NCBI GenBank assembly: GCA_046497465.1
Contig: JAWOFO010000035.1
Coordinates: forward strand, 1,074-65,073
Direction: 5' to 3'
DNA: 64,000 nucleotides
DNA from: Desulfobia sp.
Lineage (GTDB): Bacteria > Desulfobacterota > Desulfobulbia > Desulfobulbales > SURF-16
Both the position numbers and the translations under genes were made by a program. Below are positions 18,927-29,176 of the stretch, in pieces; the stretch's first letter is position 1; each line of letters opens with the position of its first letter. Below the pieces are notes generated by a model. It was not told where the DNA came from, made no database searches, and saw only the letters and a list, made by a program, of their open reading frames with translations.

Positions 18927-19679
18927 ATGATTATAATCACGGCTACAGGAATTGTCTTTTTTCTGGCCTTTATCTTTTCCATGCTTGGCCTGGGCGGCGC
19001 CATGCTTTATGTGCCTGTTTTCCACTGGCTGGGATTTGGTTTCAAAGGTGCAGCCGTACCCACAGCACTTTTGCTAAACGGCATTACTGCCGCCACTGCG
19101 GCTGTGATTTACCACCAAAACCGAATGATCGATTATAAGGGTTCGTTTCCCCTGATCTTATCATCATTTCTCGGGGCTCCCTGCGGGGCATATCTGACCA
19201 AATTTATACCCACCGAGACGCTTATCCTTTTTTTTGCCCTGGCCATGCTATTTGCCGGCGGCAGAATGCTTGTCAGCTCCGGGGAAACCGATCGCCAAGA
19301 AATGGTCCCGCTGCCGCAGAGGCTTGTATTTATGAGCGCTGGAGGATTTGGTATTGGTCTCATAGCAGGGATGCTTGGTATCGGCGGTGGCTTTTTATTT
19401 GTTCCGCTTATGCTGCTTCTGGGATATCCTACCAAAAACGCCGCGGCCACAAGTTCATTTGTGGTGATTTTTTCATCTTTTTCCGGTTTTGCAGGGCACG
19501 TGGCCGGCGGTCATTTTAATGTACTGCTGATGCTTGCCACAACCATGGCAGTTATTGCCGGCGCTCTGGCCGGTGCCTATATCATGCGGGAAAAAATGAA
19601 ACCCGGCCGGATCAAATTGATATTTGGCTTGGTGTTGCTTGGAGTTGGGATGAAGATGTTTCTTGGAATCTTGGTTTAA
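18927..19679 (+). CDS. TauE/SafE-family (sulfite exporter) membrane protein
   Basis: MLGLGG..VP and GMLGIGGGFLFVP repeats; highly hydrophobic. Confidence 0.88.
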   Translation: MIIITATGIVFFLAFIFSMLGLGGAMLYVPVFHWLGFGFKGAAVPTALLLNGITAATAAVIYHQNRMIDYKGSFPLILSSFLGAPCGAYLTKFIPTETLILFFALAMLFAGGRMLVSSGETDRQEMVPLPQRLVFMSAGGFGIGLIAGMLGIGGGFLFVPLMLLLGYPTKNAAATSSFVVIFSSFSGFAGHVAGGHFNVLLMLATTMAVIAGALAGAYIMREKMKPGRIKLIFGLVLLGVGMKMFLGILV

Positions 19680-19695
19680 GGAAAAGGTGTAGCAA

Positions 19696-19845
19696 ATGGA
19701 TAAAGACAAAGAATTTTTAAAGGCGGCTTTTTATTTCCATGGTCATATATGCTGGGCCAGCACGGCTGGAGTACGAGCTGGACTGGCGGCGTTGAGACAA
19801 ATGGGAGTTCAGAGAACAGGGACCTCGGGAGAACTTCACTGTTAA
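19696..19845 (+). pseudogene. Truncated FmdE-family protein (49 aa)
   Basis: MDKDKEFLKAAFYFHGHICWASTAGVRAGLAALRQMG...; FHGHxC motif then stop; not in ORF track. Confidence 0.65.
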
Positions 19846-19854
19846 TTCCCCTTT

Positions 19855-20286
19855 ATGATAACATGGATTTACAGTCATAAGGCAGCGTTCTGGTGGCTGG
19901 CCTCCTTGTCGATGATAATTTTTGCGGCAAGCCTGATAATAGTACCCTGGGCGGTGATCCGCATACCTCCCGATTATTTCACCAGGGTAAAACGACAGAG
20001 AAGACTGCTGATTACCTCCAATTTTGCTGTGCAGGGAATACTTATTATAGTTAAGAATATTTGCGGATTGATTCTGGTTGTAGCCGGCATTATTATGCTC
20101 CTGATCCCGGGGCAGGGACTATTTACAATTTTTATCGGCCTGATGCTGATGAATTTTCCGGGCAAGTACCAGCTGGAAAAATGGCTGATCACCAAAAATT
20201 CTGTGGCCCGGACTGTCAATTGGCTCAGGCGTCGGGCCGGCCGGGAGCCTTTAATATTTCCGGATACCGGACAGAGAAAAGACTAA
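19855..20286 (+). CDS. PGPGW-domain membrane protein
   Basis: IPPDYF, LIPGQGLFTI, FPGKY, NWLRRRAGREPL. Confidence 0.8.
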   Translation: MITWIYSHKAAFWWLASLSMIIFAASLIIVPWAVIRIPPDYFTRVKRQRRLLITSNFAVQGILIIVKNICGLILVVAGIIMLLIPGQGLFTIFIGLMLMNFPGKYQLEKWLITKNSVARTVNWLRRRAGREPLIFPDTGQRKD

Positions 20287-20405
20287 AGCTTATTTTTAAC
20301 TATTCTCTGCTTAGAATAAAAACTATACTGGCACAACAGGAACAACCTTTGTTATAATTTCAACTGGAATTTAAATCCTGCGATAATTGAACCGAAAAAT
20401 CCGCG

Positions 20406-20882
20406 ATGAATAAACTTGTCAGTACTGTCTACAATCTTATTTTAGGGGTAGCCTTGGGATCCACTTTTGCCTTGGCGGCTTTTGTTGCCCCGGTCATCTT
20501 CAACTCTGATCTTGCCCTGGGCCGCAATATCCTGAGCCGTTTTCAGGAAGGTCTTGTAATGATAGAGATATTCAAGAGATACTGCAACCTGCTTAACCTG
20601 ACCGTTGTTATTGTACTGTTGATGGAGGGCATTAAGTTTACGGTTTACAGGAACAGAGACTATCTCCGGTTGGGGGCCGCTATCGTGGTACTGGTCAGCA
20701 GTGCACTTTTTACTTTTTATTTTACCCCGGAGATTATCCAGGCCCAAGCCAACAGCCCCGATGTCAAGTCTTCCGAAGTCTTTCAGACACTGCATCGAGC
20801 CTCGGTTATTGATTTCAGTTTCATTATGGTAAGTCTGGCTGTACTGATGGTAAAAATGTCTTTCACAGAGAAGAAAACATGA
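20406..20882 (+). CDS. DUF4149-like membrane protein
   Basis: Four TM segments, VAPVIF, EGLVM..IF, F..LH. Confidence 0.7.
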   Translation: MNKLVSTVYNLILGVALGSTFALAAFVAPVIFNSDLALGRNILSRFQEGLVMIEIFKRYCNLLNLTVVIVLLMEGIKFTVYRNRDYLRLGAAIVVLVSSALFTFYFTPEIIQAQANSPDVKSSEVFQTLHRASVIDFSFIMVSLAVLMVKMSFTEKKT

Positions 20883-21931
20883 TTTTCAGGGTCTTTGCCC
20901 ACCAGGAGCTGGAAAATCTCTACAATATTCTGGCAGTAAATTATGTGGTGGGTCCGGTTAAAAGGGCTGAGACCCCGGAAACCGTCCCCTTTTATGATTT
21001 TGATTTTATCTATGACTACAGTGAACTCCATCTTGACTACCCTTCCACCAGTTACTCCCTTAAACACTTTCTCCTGCCGGCCAGAGAGACCATTTCCACC
21101 TTTACCCTCCAGAAAGACGGCAACTGGCAAAAAGAGATTGACCTTAATGCCTACAAGCCCATAGTCTATTTCGGAATCCATGCCTGCGATATCAATGCCT
21201 TGAATAAACTGGACAAGGTTCTGGCAGGCAGTGTTTATCCGGACCCTTACTATATCGCCAAAAGAAAAAATATGTTTATCGTCGGGGTAAACTGCAGTCC
21301 GCAGCCTTACTGTTTCTGCCGCTCCATGGGAGCTGATACCGCTCTGCACGGTTTTGATCTGTTCCTGACCGATCTCGGGGACCAGTGGTTTGCCGAGATC
21401 CTTTCCGCCCGGGCCTTTGAGTGTGTCAGTGCCATTAACAGCCGGGAACCGGAAGAAAAAGAGCACGACCGTTATTTACAGGTTACAGAAGAAAGGTCCA
21501 AACAATTTAGCTGCCATGTGGATACCACCGATTTGACTAAAATTCTGGATATGGAGTTCGAGTCAGAGGCCTGGCTGGAATGGGGTGATAAATGTCTATC
21601 CTGCGGGACCTGCGCCCAGGTGTGCCCTACCTGCTACTGCTACGATGTCAAAGAGCATATCGATCTTGATCTGCATCGGGCAAGCAAAGTCAAGCAGCTT
21701 TACTCCTGCAACCTTATTGATTTTGCCAAGGTAGCCGGCGGCTTCAACTTCAGACCCGAGAGCCACAGACGACTGAAATATCGTTATTATCATAAGCACC
21801 GTGGATTTGTGGAATCATTCGAGGAGCCCCTCTGTGTAGGCTGCGGTCGCTGCGGAGAGGCCTGTCTGGCTGGAATTACCCCTCCCGGAGTTATTGCCAG
21901 CATAAGAGGACAGGAGAAACGTCATGAATAG
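20879..21931 (+). CDS. Group 3b [NiFe] hydrogenase beta subunit (AsrA-like Fe-S)
   Basis: GIHACD, CFC, CLSCGTCAQVCPTCYC, CVGCGRCGEAC. Confidence 0.88.
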   Translation: MIFRVFAHQELENLYNILAVNYVVGPVKRAETPETVPFYDFDFIYDYSELHLDYPSTSYSLKHFLLPARETISTFTLQKDGNWQKEIDLNAYKPIVYFGIHACDINALNKLDKVLAGSVYPDPYYIAKRKNMFIVGVNCSPQPYCFCRSMGADTALHGFDLFLTDLGDQWFAEILSARAFECVSAINSREPEEKEHDRYLQVTEERSKQFSCHVDTTDLTKILDMEFESEAWLEWGDKCLSCGTCAQVCPTCYCYDVKEHIDLDLHRASKVKQLYSCNLIDFAKVAGGFNFRPESHRRLKYRYYHKHRGFVESFEEPLCVGCGRCGEACLAGITPPGVIASIRGQEKRHE

Positions 21932-22823
21932 ACTTCCCTTTATCGATGTACTGGATGAAAAAAAACGATACCCCCATAAAACCGGACTGAGGGAATTTGA
22001 ATACAGCTATCAGGCAGAAATTACCAATATCTATCCCCTGAGGGAAAAAGAGAAGCTGTACCAGATACAACTCATCGATCCGGAAGAACGTAAGAATTTC
22101 ACCTTTCTGCCCGGCCAGTTCGTCATGCTGGAGCTACCAGGCGTCGGCGAGGCCCCCTTCTCCATATCCTCCTCACCTATCCGGCACGGCAGTATCGAGC
22201 TGTGCATCCGCGACGTGGGTAATCTCACTCATTTTCTTGCCATGGTAAGACGGGGAATTAACGTCGGTATAAGCGGGCCTTTTGGGACCTGGTTCCCCAT
22301 GGAAAAAATGAAAGGCCAAGACATTCTCCTGATTGCCGGAGGTCTGGGCATTGTTCCTCTGCGGGCTCCTATTTTTTCAGTCCTGGAAAACCGCAGCCGC
22401 TACAACAAGGTGGATATAATGTACGGGGCCAAGACACCCGGTGAACTCCTTTTTACTTATCAGTACGAGATGTGGAAACAGTTTGATCTTAATCTGGGAA
22501 TAACTGTTGATCAGGGAGACGAGAACTGGAATGGTCCGGTAGGTGTTATCACCGATATTCTAAAAGACCGGGTCGCCAAAACAGGCAGCCTGGCTAAAAA
22601 TACTTATGCCATTGTCTGCGGTCCGCCGGTAATATTCAAGTTTGTCTGCGACATGCTGATCAAGGCGGAGATGCCTATGCGGAAAATTTTCGTTTCCCTG
22701 GAAAGAAGGATGCACTGCGGCCGGGGCAAGTGCTGCCGCTGTAATATAGGGTCGACCTATACCTGTCTGGAAGGTCCGGTCTTTGACTACTGGTCTGTAC
22801 TTAATCTGAAAGAAGCCATTTAG
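21924..22823 (+). CDS. Group 3b hydrogenase gamma subunit (FAD/NAD, 2Fe-2S)
   Basis: PGQFVM, GEAPFSIS, AGGLG, CGP, ERRMHCGRGKCCRC. Confidence 0.88.
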   Translation: MNRLPFIDVLDEKKRYPHKTGLREFEYSYQAEITNIYPLREKEKLYQIQLIDPEERKNFTFLPGQFVMLELPGVGEAPFSISSSPIRHGSIELCIRDVGNLTHFLAMVRRGINVGISGPFGTWFPMEKMKGQDILLIAGGLGIVPLRAPIFSVLENRSRYNKVDIMYGAKTPGELLFTYQYEMWKQFDLNLGITVDQGDENWNGPVGVITDILKDRVAKTGSLAKNTYAIVCGPPVIFKFVCDMLIKAEMPMRKIFVSLERRMHCGRGKCCRCNIGSTYTCLEGPVFDYWSVLNLKEAI

Positions 22824-22898
22824 CGCCGGGGGCGCTTGTGTTTTAACTCAACTTTCATCTTACCTAGATATTAAAGTTATCAATTCCGCAGCCTAAAT

Positions 22899-23711
22899 AT
22901 GATTAACAGTTCCGAACAGAGAACCTACCTCGGTGTCCCGGCCCCCAAGCCTAAAACCGCGTTCTTTGAATTCACATCCTGTGAAGGCTGCCAGCTGCAG
23001 CTCTTAAACAACGAGGCCAGTCTTTCCGACTTTCTCTCCCTGATCGAAATCGTCAACTTCCGGGAAGCCATGACGGAAAGGGGTGAAGACTATGAAATCG
23101 CCTTTGTGGAGGGTAGTATCAGCAGAAATGACGAGATAGACCGGCTTAAAAGGATCCGGTCCCGGGCCGATACCCTGGTGGCTCTAGGCTCCTGTGCCTG
23201 TTTCGGCGGCGTCAATCAACTCAAAAACCGTTTTGCCGACCTTCAGTGGGTAAAAAAGACGGTTTACGGCGCCAATCCGGTAGAGACCAGCCGGGTCCAG
23301 CCCATCTCGGCCATAGTCAAGGTAGACCTGGAGATCTATGGCTGCCCCATCAATAAGCAGGAAGTGGAAAGGATTGTTACTGACCTGGTGGTGGGCAAGA
23401 CTGTCTACCAGCCGGAGTATCCGGTCTGCCTGGAATGCCGGGCCAACCGCAATATCTGCCTTTTTGATCTGGGTCAGCCCTGCCTGGGGCCCATAACAAG
23501 GGCCGGCTGCGATGCCTGGTGTCCCGGCAACCGTCTGGGCTGCTGGGGATGCCGGGGCCCTGCCGAAGAGGTGAATTATAAGGAGTTCTGGAGGATTACG
23601 GAAAAGTATGGTTTTTCCAGGGAACAGATCCTTGACCGTCTGGAGTGTTTCGGGGGTTTTGCCGGTTATCTCGCAGAAAGCGGAAAGGAAGAAGAAGGAA
23701 AAAGAGTATGA
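22899..23711 (+). CDS. Group 3b hydrogenase delta (small) subunit
   Basis: SCEGCQ, VEGS, GSCA, GCP, CLGPITRAGC, CWGCRG. Confidence 0.88.
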   Translation: MINSSEQRTYLGVPAPKPKTAFFEFTSCEGCQLQLLNNEASLSDFLSLIEIVNFREAMTERGEDYEIAFVEGSISRNDEIDRLKRIRSRADTLVALGSCACFGGVNQLKNRFADLQWVKKTVYGANPVETSRVQPISAIVKVDLEIYGCPINKQEVERIVTDLVVGKTVYQPEYPVCLECRANRNICLFDLGQPCLGPITRAGCDAWCPGNRLGCWGCRGPAEEVNYKEFWRITEKYGFSREQILDRLECFGGFAGYLAESGKEEEGKRV

Positions 23712-24982
23712 AACTGACCTGCAATATTGACATTCATCACCTTACCCGGGTCGAGGGGCACGGCAATATAAATATCAGCATACAAGGCGGCCGGATCGCG
23801 GAAGCCAGCTGGGATGTGGTGGAGACTCCCCGTTTTTTTGAGGCCATGCTGGTAGGCAAAAACTTTGAAAATGCCCCTTATATAACGGGCCGCATCTGCG
23901 GAATATGCTCCATAGGCCATACCCTGGCCAGTATAAGGGCCGTGGAAAACGCTTTCGCTTTTACACCTTCCCGGCAGACCCGGGATCTCAGGCTGCTTTT
24001 AAAGCACATGGAGACCCTGCAGAGCCATATTCTCCATCTCTACTTCCTGGTGACGCCTGACTTTCTGAATACCGGCAGCATCTTTCCCCTTGCCGAGAGC
24101 CATCCCGAGGAGTTCAACCGGGCAGTCCGTCTGAAAATGCTGGCCAATGACGCCTGTGACCTTATCGGCGGCCGCCGGCTTCACCCCACCCGCACGGTAG
24201 TAGGGGGCTTTACCATGCTGCCGGAAAAGGCAGAGCTGTCAGCCTTAAGAAACCGGCTTGAGACAGCAAAAAAGGATCTGGCCAGGACCGCAGAACTGTT
24301 CAGCAGTTTCAGCCTGCCCGAGTTTGTCCGGGAGACCGAGTTTGTCTCCCTGAAAGGAGAGGGCAGCTATCCTTTTATCGGCGGAGACCTGGTCTCCAGT
24401 GACGGTGTGGTCAAAAACGAGGACCAGTATCTGGAAATGACCAATGAATATGTGGTGGATCACTCCACTTCCAAGTGGAGCCGCCTGTCCCGGGATTCTC
24501 TGGCTGCAGGGGCCCTGGCCCGGTTCAATAACAACTTTTCCTACCTGCATCCAGCCGCCCGGGAGCTGGCTGAAGGTCTATCCCTTAAACCTGGAGTCCA
24601 TAACCCCTTTCTGAATAATACCGCCCAACTGGTGGAATGCGTCCATATCATCCACGAAAGCACTGCCCTGCTTGGAGAGTTGATCGACCGCCGGCGGAAA
24701 AAAAGCCGGACAGCGGTCAGTCCTCGGAAGGGATATGGAGTGGGGGCGGTGGAAGTCCCCCGGGGTATCCTGTATCATGCCTTTGATTTTGATGAGTCAG
24801 GACGAATAATGATGGCTGACTGTGTCATTCCCACCAGTCAGAATCATGCCAATATCCACTATGATCTGCAGGAGCTTGTCCGTCAGTCTGTTGTCACCGG
24901 CAGAAACGATAAGGAAATCCGGAAACTTGCGGAAATGCTGGTCCGGGCATATGACCCCTGTATCTCCTGTTCGGTCCACTGA
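23708..24982 (+). CDS. Group 3b [NiFe] hydrogenase alpha (large) subunit
   Basis: TRVEGHG, RICGIC, EVPRG, YDPCISCSVH; start placed at ATG 23708, which overlaps the delta stop (ATGA). Confidence 0.92.
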   Translation: MKLTCNIDIHHLTRVEGHGNINISIQGGRIAEASWDVVETPRFFEAMLVGKNFENAPYITGRICGICSIGHTLASIRAVENAFAFTPSRQTRDLRLLLKHMETLQSHILHLYFLVTPDFLNTGSIFPLAESHPEEFNRAVRLKMLANDACDLIGGRRLHPTRTVVGGFTMLPEKAELSALRNRLETAKKDLARTAELFSSFSLPEFVRETEFVSLKGEGSYPFIGGDLVSSDGVVKNEDQYLEMTNEYVVDHSTSKWSRLSRDSLAAGALARFNNNFSYLHPAARELAEGLSLKPGVHNPFLNNTAQLVECVHIIHESTALLGELIDRRRKKSRTAVSPRKGYGVGAVEVPRGILYHAFDFDESGRIMMADCVIPTSQNHANIHYDLQELVRQSVVTGRNDKEIRKLAEMLVRAYDPCISCSVH

Positions 24983-25140
24983 GCTACCCATATTTTACAC
25001 TTTATGCCAGCCGAAAGAGGCAGTCATTATGGTCCCCAGTCTAATTTTTTTGTTGTAAAAAATATCTTGACAAATTAATTTTGAGCCGGTTATCAATGAT
25101 AACTATCGATTTCTAAAAGAAAAATTTTATTAAAGACACT

Positions 25141-27723
25141 ATGACTCCTTTTAATAAAAATGAAAAAGAAAAATTCAAAGCCCTCTCTATTCCCAGACAC
25201 ATTTACCTGCTGATTACCTTTCTGATCCTGCTGGCAATTGGCGGATTAGCCTATGGCCTTTACGTCGGTTACTATTTCCCGGTCTGCTACGGTAACCTGT
25301 TGAATACAGTTCAGAAGATGCATCATGAAACCACCATGGGACATCTCTGTTTTGAAGAACTGCTGAACAGTGACAGCAGAACCGATCTGCAGGAGGTGGT
25401 CGACCATTACAGCAAGGCCTACCGGTATAGCCAGGTGATGCTGAAGAAGGAGAGTCATGATAAACTGGATCTTCTGCCGCTCAGCGAAAAAAACCTGCGG
25501 CACAGGATTTCGGCAATACAGGCTAAACTGGAGGAGTTAAAGAAAATCAGCCGCCAGCTCCAGGCTGAGGTGGGAAGTCTGGGGCCGGACAGTGTTAAGA
25601 ATAATAATTACGATGCCCTTTACAACGAACTGCTTAACCATACAGCGTTGGTAACGGAAGATCTGCAGGGAGTGACGGCCGAAAAGCGGAAAACTTTCTG
25701 TGTTACCCTTTCCCTGCTTATTGCCGTCATTTTGCTCCTGGCGCTGATCCTTTTTATCCTGGTCAGGAAATTTGAAAGACGGCGGGCCCAGGCCTACGTG
25801 GATTTAAAAAAGACCCAGGAACAGCTCAGGGAAAGCGAAGAGCGCTACCGAAGCCTTATTGAAAATATTGATCTGGGAATCGTCCTGGTAGATGCGGACT
25901 GCCGGATTATCATGGCCAATCAGGCCCAGGCCGATCTTTTTGATGTAAGGCTTGACGATCTCCTTGATAAAAAGTGTCACGAAATATTTTTTCAAGGCGG
26001 AGAAGAGCACTGTGACCTCTGTCCTGTTAACCGGGCCAAGGAGGAAGAGGGAGCAGTTGAGGAGTGCCTCGAGATCGAACGGATTGACGGCAGCAGGTTC
26101 CGAGCCCGGATCAAGGTTTTTCCGTTTCAGAGCAGCAATCAGAACGGAGGCTTTATAAAGGTAACCGAGGATATCACTGACCGTCTGCAGACCGAAGAGG
26201 CACTGGCCGCAGAGAAAGAGAGACTGGCGGTTACCCTCAGGTCGATCGGAGACGGGGTCATTACCACTGATACCGAAGGAAAGGTAACCATGATAAACAA
26301 GGTTGCCGAGGATCTTACCGGCTGGCCCCAGCATGAAGCAGAAGGCCGCCCTCTGATCGAGGTTTTCAGAATAATAAATGAACTGACCAGGGCGGTCTGT
26401 GACAATCCGGTGGAAAAGGTCCTGTCTTCCGGAAGAATTGTAGGGCTTGCCAATCATACCGCCCTTATTTCCCGGGACGGCACCCAAAGAACCATTGCCG
26501 ACAGCGGTTCACCTATCAGGGATCACCAGAGCCGTATAATAGGAGTGGTGCTGGTTTTCCGTGATGTAACCCGGCAGCTTCAGATGGAAAAGGAGATAAC
26601 CAAGGTCAAAAAACTGGAGTCCATAGGGGTTCTGGCGGGCGGTATTGCCCATGACTTTAACAATATCCTGACCGGCATCCTGGGCAATCTCAACCTGGCC
26701 CTTTTTGATGGAAATATGGAGAAAGGGACCAGAAAACTGCTTACCGAGGCAGAAAAGGCCTCAGTAAGGGCTAAAGCCCTGACCGCCCAGTTATTGACCT
26801 TTTCCCAGGGAGGGGAACCTATCAAAGAGACCGCTTCTTTTGAAGAAGTAATCCGGGATTCAGTTGAGTTTATTTTACACGGGGATCGGGTTGCCGCCAA
26901 ATTTGATATCCCCGAGGACCTGTGGCTGGTGGATATAGATAAAGGTCAGATGAGCCAGGTTGTCCAGAACCTTGTTCTCAATGCCTCTCACGCCATGCCT
27001 GAGGGTGGGTTAATTGAAATCACCGGTGAAAACATCCATACTATCAGCGATGAACATATCTTCCTGGCCAGTGATCAGAAGTATATCAAAATCACTATCA
27101 CGGATTACGGTATCGGTATCCCCGAAAGTTTTGTCGAAAAGATTTTTGATCCTTATTTCTCCACCAAACAGGAGGGAAGCGGTCTGGGCCTTCCCATAAG
27201 CTATTCCATTATTAACAAGCATGGTGGTCATATCCTGGTAGATTCCAAAACCGGGGTCGGAACTACATTTACCATCTATCTCCCTGCTTCCAGGGAGACA
27301 TGTGCCGAACAAGAAGATAAAGAAAAGCATCGGCAGGGCCCTGAATTTCCCGCCAGAATTATGGTCATGGATGATGAGGATATTATAAGAGATATGTCCA
27401 AAACAATGCTTAAACGCCTTGGGCATGAAGTTATTCTGGCCGGGGACGGCCGCGAAGCCATAAATCTTTACAAGGAACAGGAGGCGGCGGGCAAGCCCGT
27501 GGATTTGATTATAATGGATCTTACCATCCCGGGAGGTATGGGAGGCCGGGAAACGATTCAGGAGATCCTGGCCATCAATCCCGGGGCCCGGGTAATTGTA
27601 TCCAGTGGATACTCCAATGATCCGGTAATGTCTAATTACCGGGAATACGGTTTCAAGGCCGTGATTTTTAAACCGTACAAGCTGCAGGAACTGAAAAAGG
27701 TAGTTAATCAGGTGCTTTTCTGA
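25141..27723 (+). CDS. Membrane-bound two-PAS hybrid histidine kinase
   Basis: Two TM segments, two PAS, AHDFNNIL, G boxes, MDDE receiver. Confidence 0.9.
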   Translation: MTPFNKNEKEKFKALSIPRHIYLLITFLILLAIGGLAYGLYVGYYFPVCYGNLLNTVQKMHHETTMGHLCFEELLNSDSRTDLQEVVDHYSKAYRYSQVMLKKESHDKLDLLPLSEKNLRHRISAIQAKLEELKKISRQLQAEVGSLGPDSVKNNNYDALYNELLNHTALVTEDLQGVTAEKRKTFCVTLSLLIAVILLLALILFILVRKFERRRAQAYVDLKKTQEQLRESEERYRSLIENIDLGIVLVDADCRIIMANQAQADLFDVRLDDLLDKKCHEIFFQGGEEHCDLCPVNRAKEEEGAVEECLEIERIDGSRFRARIKVFPFQSSNQNGGFIKVTEDITDRLQTEEALAAEKERLAVTLRSIGDGVITTDTEGKVTMINKVAEDLTGWPQHEAEGRPLIEVFRIINELTRAVCDNPVEKVLSSGRIVGLANHTALISRDGTQRTIADSGSPIRDHQSRIIGVVLVFRDVTRQLQMEKEITKVKKLESIGVLAGGIAHDFNNILTGILGNLNLALFDGNMEKGTRKLLTEAEKASVRAKALTAQLLTFSQGGEPIKETASFEEVIRDSVEFILHGDRVAAKFDIPEDLWLVDIDKGQMSQVVQNLVLNASHAMPEGGLIEITGENIHTISDEHIFLASDQKYIKITITDYGIGIPESFVEKIFDPYFSTKQEGSGLGLPISYSIINKHGGHILVDSKTGVGTTFTIYLPASRETCAEQEDKEKHRQGPEFPARIMVMDDEDIIRDMSKTMLKRLGHEVILAGDGREAINLYKEQEAAGKPVDLIIMDLTIPGGMGGRETIQEILAINPGARVIVSSGYSNDPVMSNYREYGFKAVIFKPYKLQELKKVVNQVLF

Positions 27724-29163
27724 TCAGCTCGGCAAAACACGGATCAGACTCTCCGCCATTGCCTCAAGTTCGTTATCACTTACCGTCCTCATATCAAAGA
27801 GCATCCGGTCGTGTTCCACCCGGCCGATCACCGGCAGGGGGGCCTTTCGTAAGCCGGACTCCAGCTTGCTAATCTTCATAAAAGAAGGGGTCAGGGCCAG
27901 GGCCCTGCTCGCCAGCCCCTGTTCGGGCAAAGCCCCGCCTCCGACCCGGGACTGGACCGCCGCTATTTCCAGCCGGCAGTATGGTTCAAGTTTTTCCCGA
28001 ACCATTTCCAGCAGGTATCGGACCCGCTCCTCTATTTTTTCCAGCGGCATTCTCATCATGGCCAGGGTAGGAATCAACTCTTCAGCCCTTTTCCCGTCAA
28101 AGTAAAGGCGAAAGACAGACTCCAGGCCGGCCAGGGTAAACTTGTCAATTCTTAGGGCCCGGTTCAGGGGATTGGATTTGATCTTTTCGATAATCCTCTT
28201 TCGACCCAAAATCAAACCGGCCTGGGGGCCGCCCAGGAGTTTATCACCGCTGAAGGTCACCACATCAACACCTTCCCGGATTGCATCCTGTACGGTGGGC
28301 TCGCTTTCCAAGCCGTAACTGGACAAATCAACCAGACAGCCGCTGCCCAGATCCTCCACAACCAAAAGACCGCGTCTGGCCCCAAGCTCCACCATCTCCC
28401 GCAAGGGGACCTCGGAAGTGAAACCGATTATCCTATAATTACTCATATGGACCTTGAGAAGCAGGGCAGTATTTTCATTAATCGCCTCCTCATAATCCTG
28501 TAAATGGGTACGGTTGGTGGTCCCCACTTCCACCAGACGGCCACCGCTCTTCCGCATTACTTCCGGAATCCGGAAGGAACCGCCTATTTCTACAAGCTGG
28601 CCCCGGGAGACAATAACCTCGCGGTCTTTGGCCAGGGTATCCAGGACCAGGAGGACTGCGGCGGCATTGTTGTTAACCACCAGGCCGGCTTCAGCCCCGG
28701 TAAGTCCGCAGACCAAATCCTCCACCAGGGAATAACGGCTGCCTCTCTTGCCGGTAGCCAGATCAAACTCAAGGTTGGAATAACCTTTTCCCACCCTGTC
28801 TATATAAGCCATAGACTCTTCAGGAAGAAGAGAACGTCCCATATTGGTATGAATAATAACCCCCGTAGCATTTACTACATTACGAAAATTAGGGGTCTGT
28901 TTTTCAGACAGCCGGTTTTCAAATTTAGGGATCAGGGCCCGCCTTTCCAGGTCAGCAGGACAACGCAACTCCCCATTGATTATGGCCCGCCGCTCCTCAG
29001 CCAGCACCTCCTGGACCGCAGCTTTAACAAATGCCTGCGGCGCTCCGGTCATCCCTTCCACCCAGCTCAGAAACTCATCAACCCCGGGGATACTCCGCAG
29101 CAGCTCCTTTATCTCTGCTGAATAGGATTTCTTATTTTCAATCATAAGCAAAGTTTCCCTCAT
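27724..29163 (-). CDS. selA: L-seryl-tRNA(Sec) selenium transferase
   Basis: NATGVIIHTNMGR, NNNAAA, SRGQLVEIGGSFRIP, FSGDKLLGGPQAG. Confidence 0.96.
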   Translation of the reverse strand: MRETLLMIENKKSYSAEIKELLRSIPGVDEFLSWVEGMTGAPQAFVKAAVQEVLAEERRAIINGELRCPADLERRALIPKFENRLSEKQTPNFRNVVNATGVIIHTNMGRSLLPEESMAYIDRVGKGYSNLEFDLATGKRGSRYSLVEDLVCGLTGAEAGLVVNNNAAAVLLVLDTLAKDREVIVSRGQLVEIGGSFRIPEVMRKSGGRLVEVGTTNRTHLQDYEEAINENTALLLKVHMSNYRIIGFTSEVPLREMVELGARRGLLVVEDLGSGCLVDLSSYGLESEPTVQDAIREGVDVVTFSGDKLLGGPQAGLILGRKRIIEKIKSNPLNRALRIDKFTLAGLESVFRLYFDGKRAEELIPTLAMMRMPLEKIEERVRYLLEMVREKLEPYCRLEIAAVQSRVGGGALPEQGLASRALALTPSFMKISKLESGLRKAPLPVIGRVEHDRMLFDMRTVSDNELEAMAESLIRVLPS

Positions 29164-29176
29164 ATCTCGAAGTCGT

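Noticed and set aside
23645-23707. Arg-rich N-terminal extension of the hydrogenase large subunit as a Tat signal
   Set aside because: It overlaps the delta gene; the ATGA overlap at 23708 is the more plausible start.
24980-25030. UGA read-through (Sec) at the end of the hydrogenase large subunit
   Set aside because: The UGA follows the mature terminal His, is not at a Cys-equivalent position, and has no convincing SECIS.
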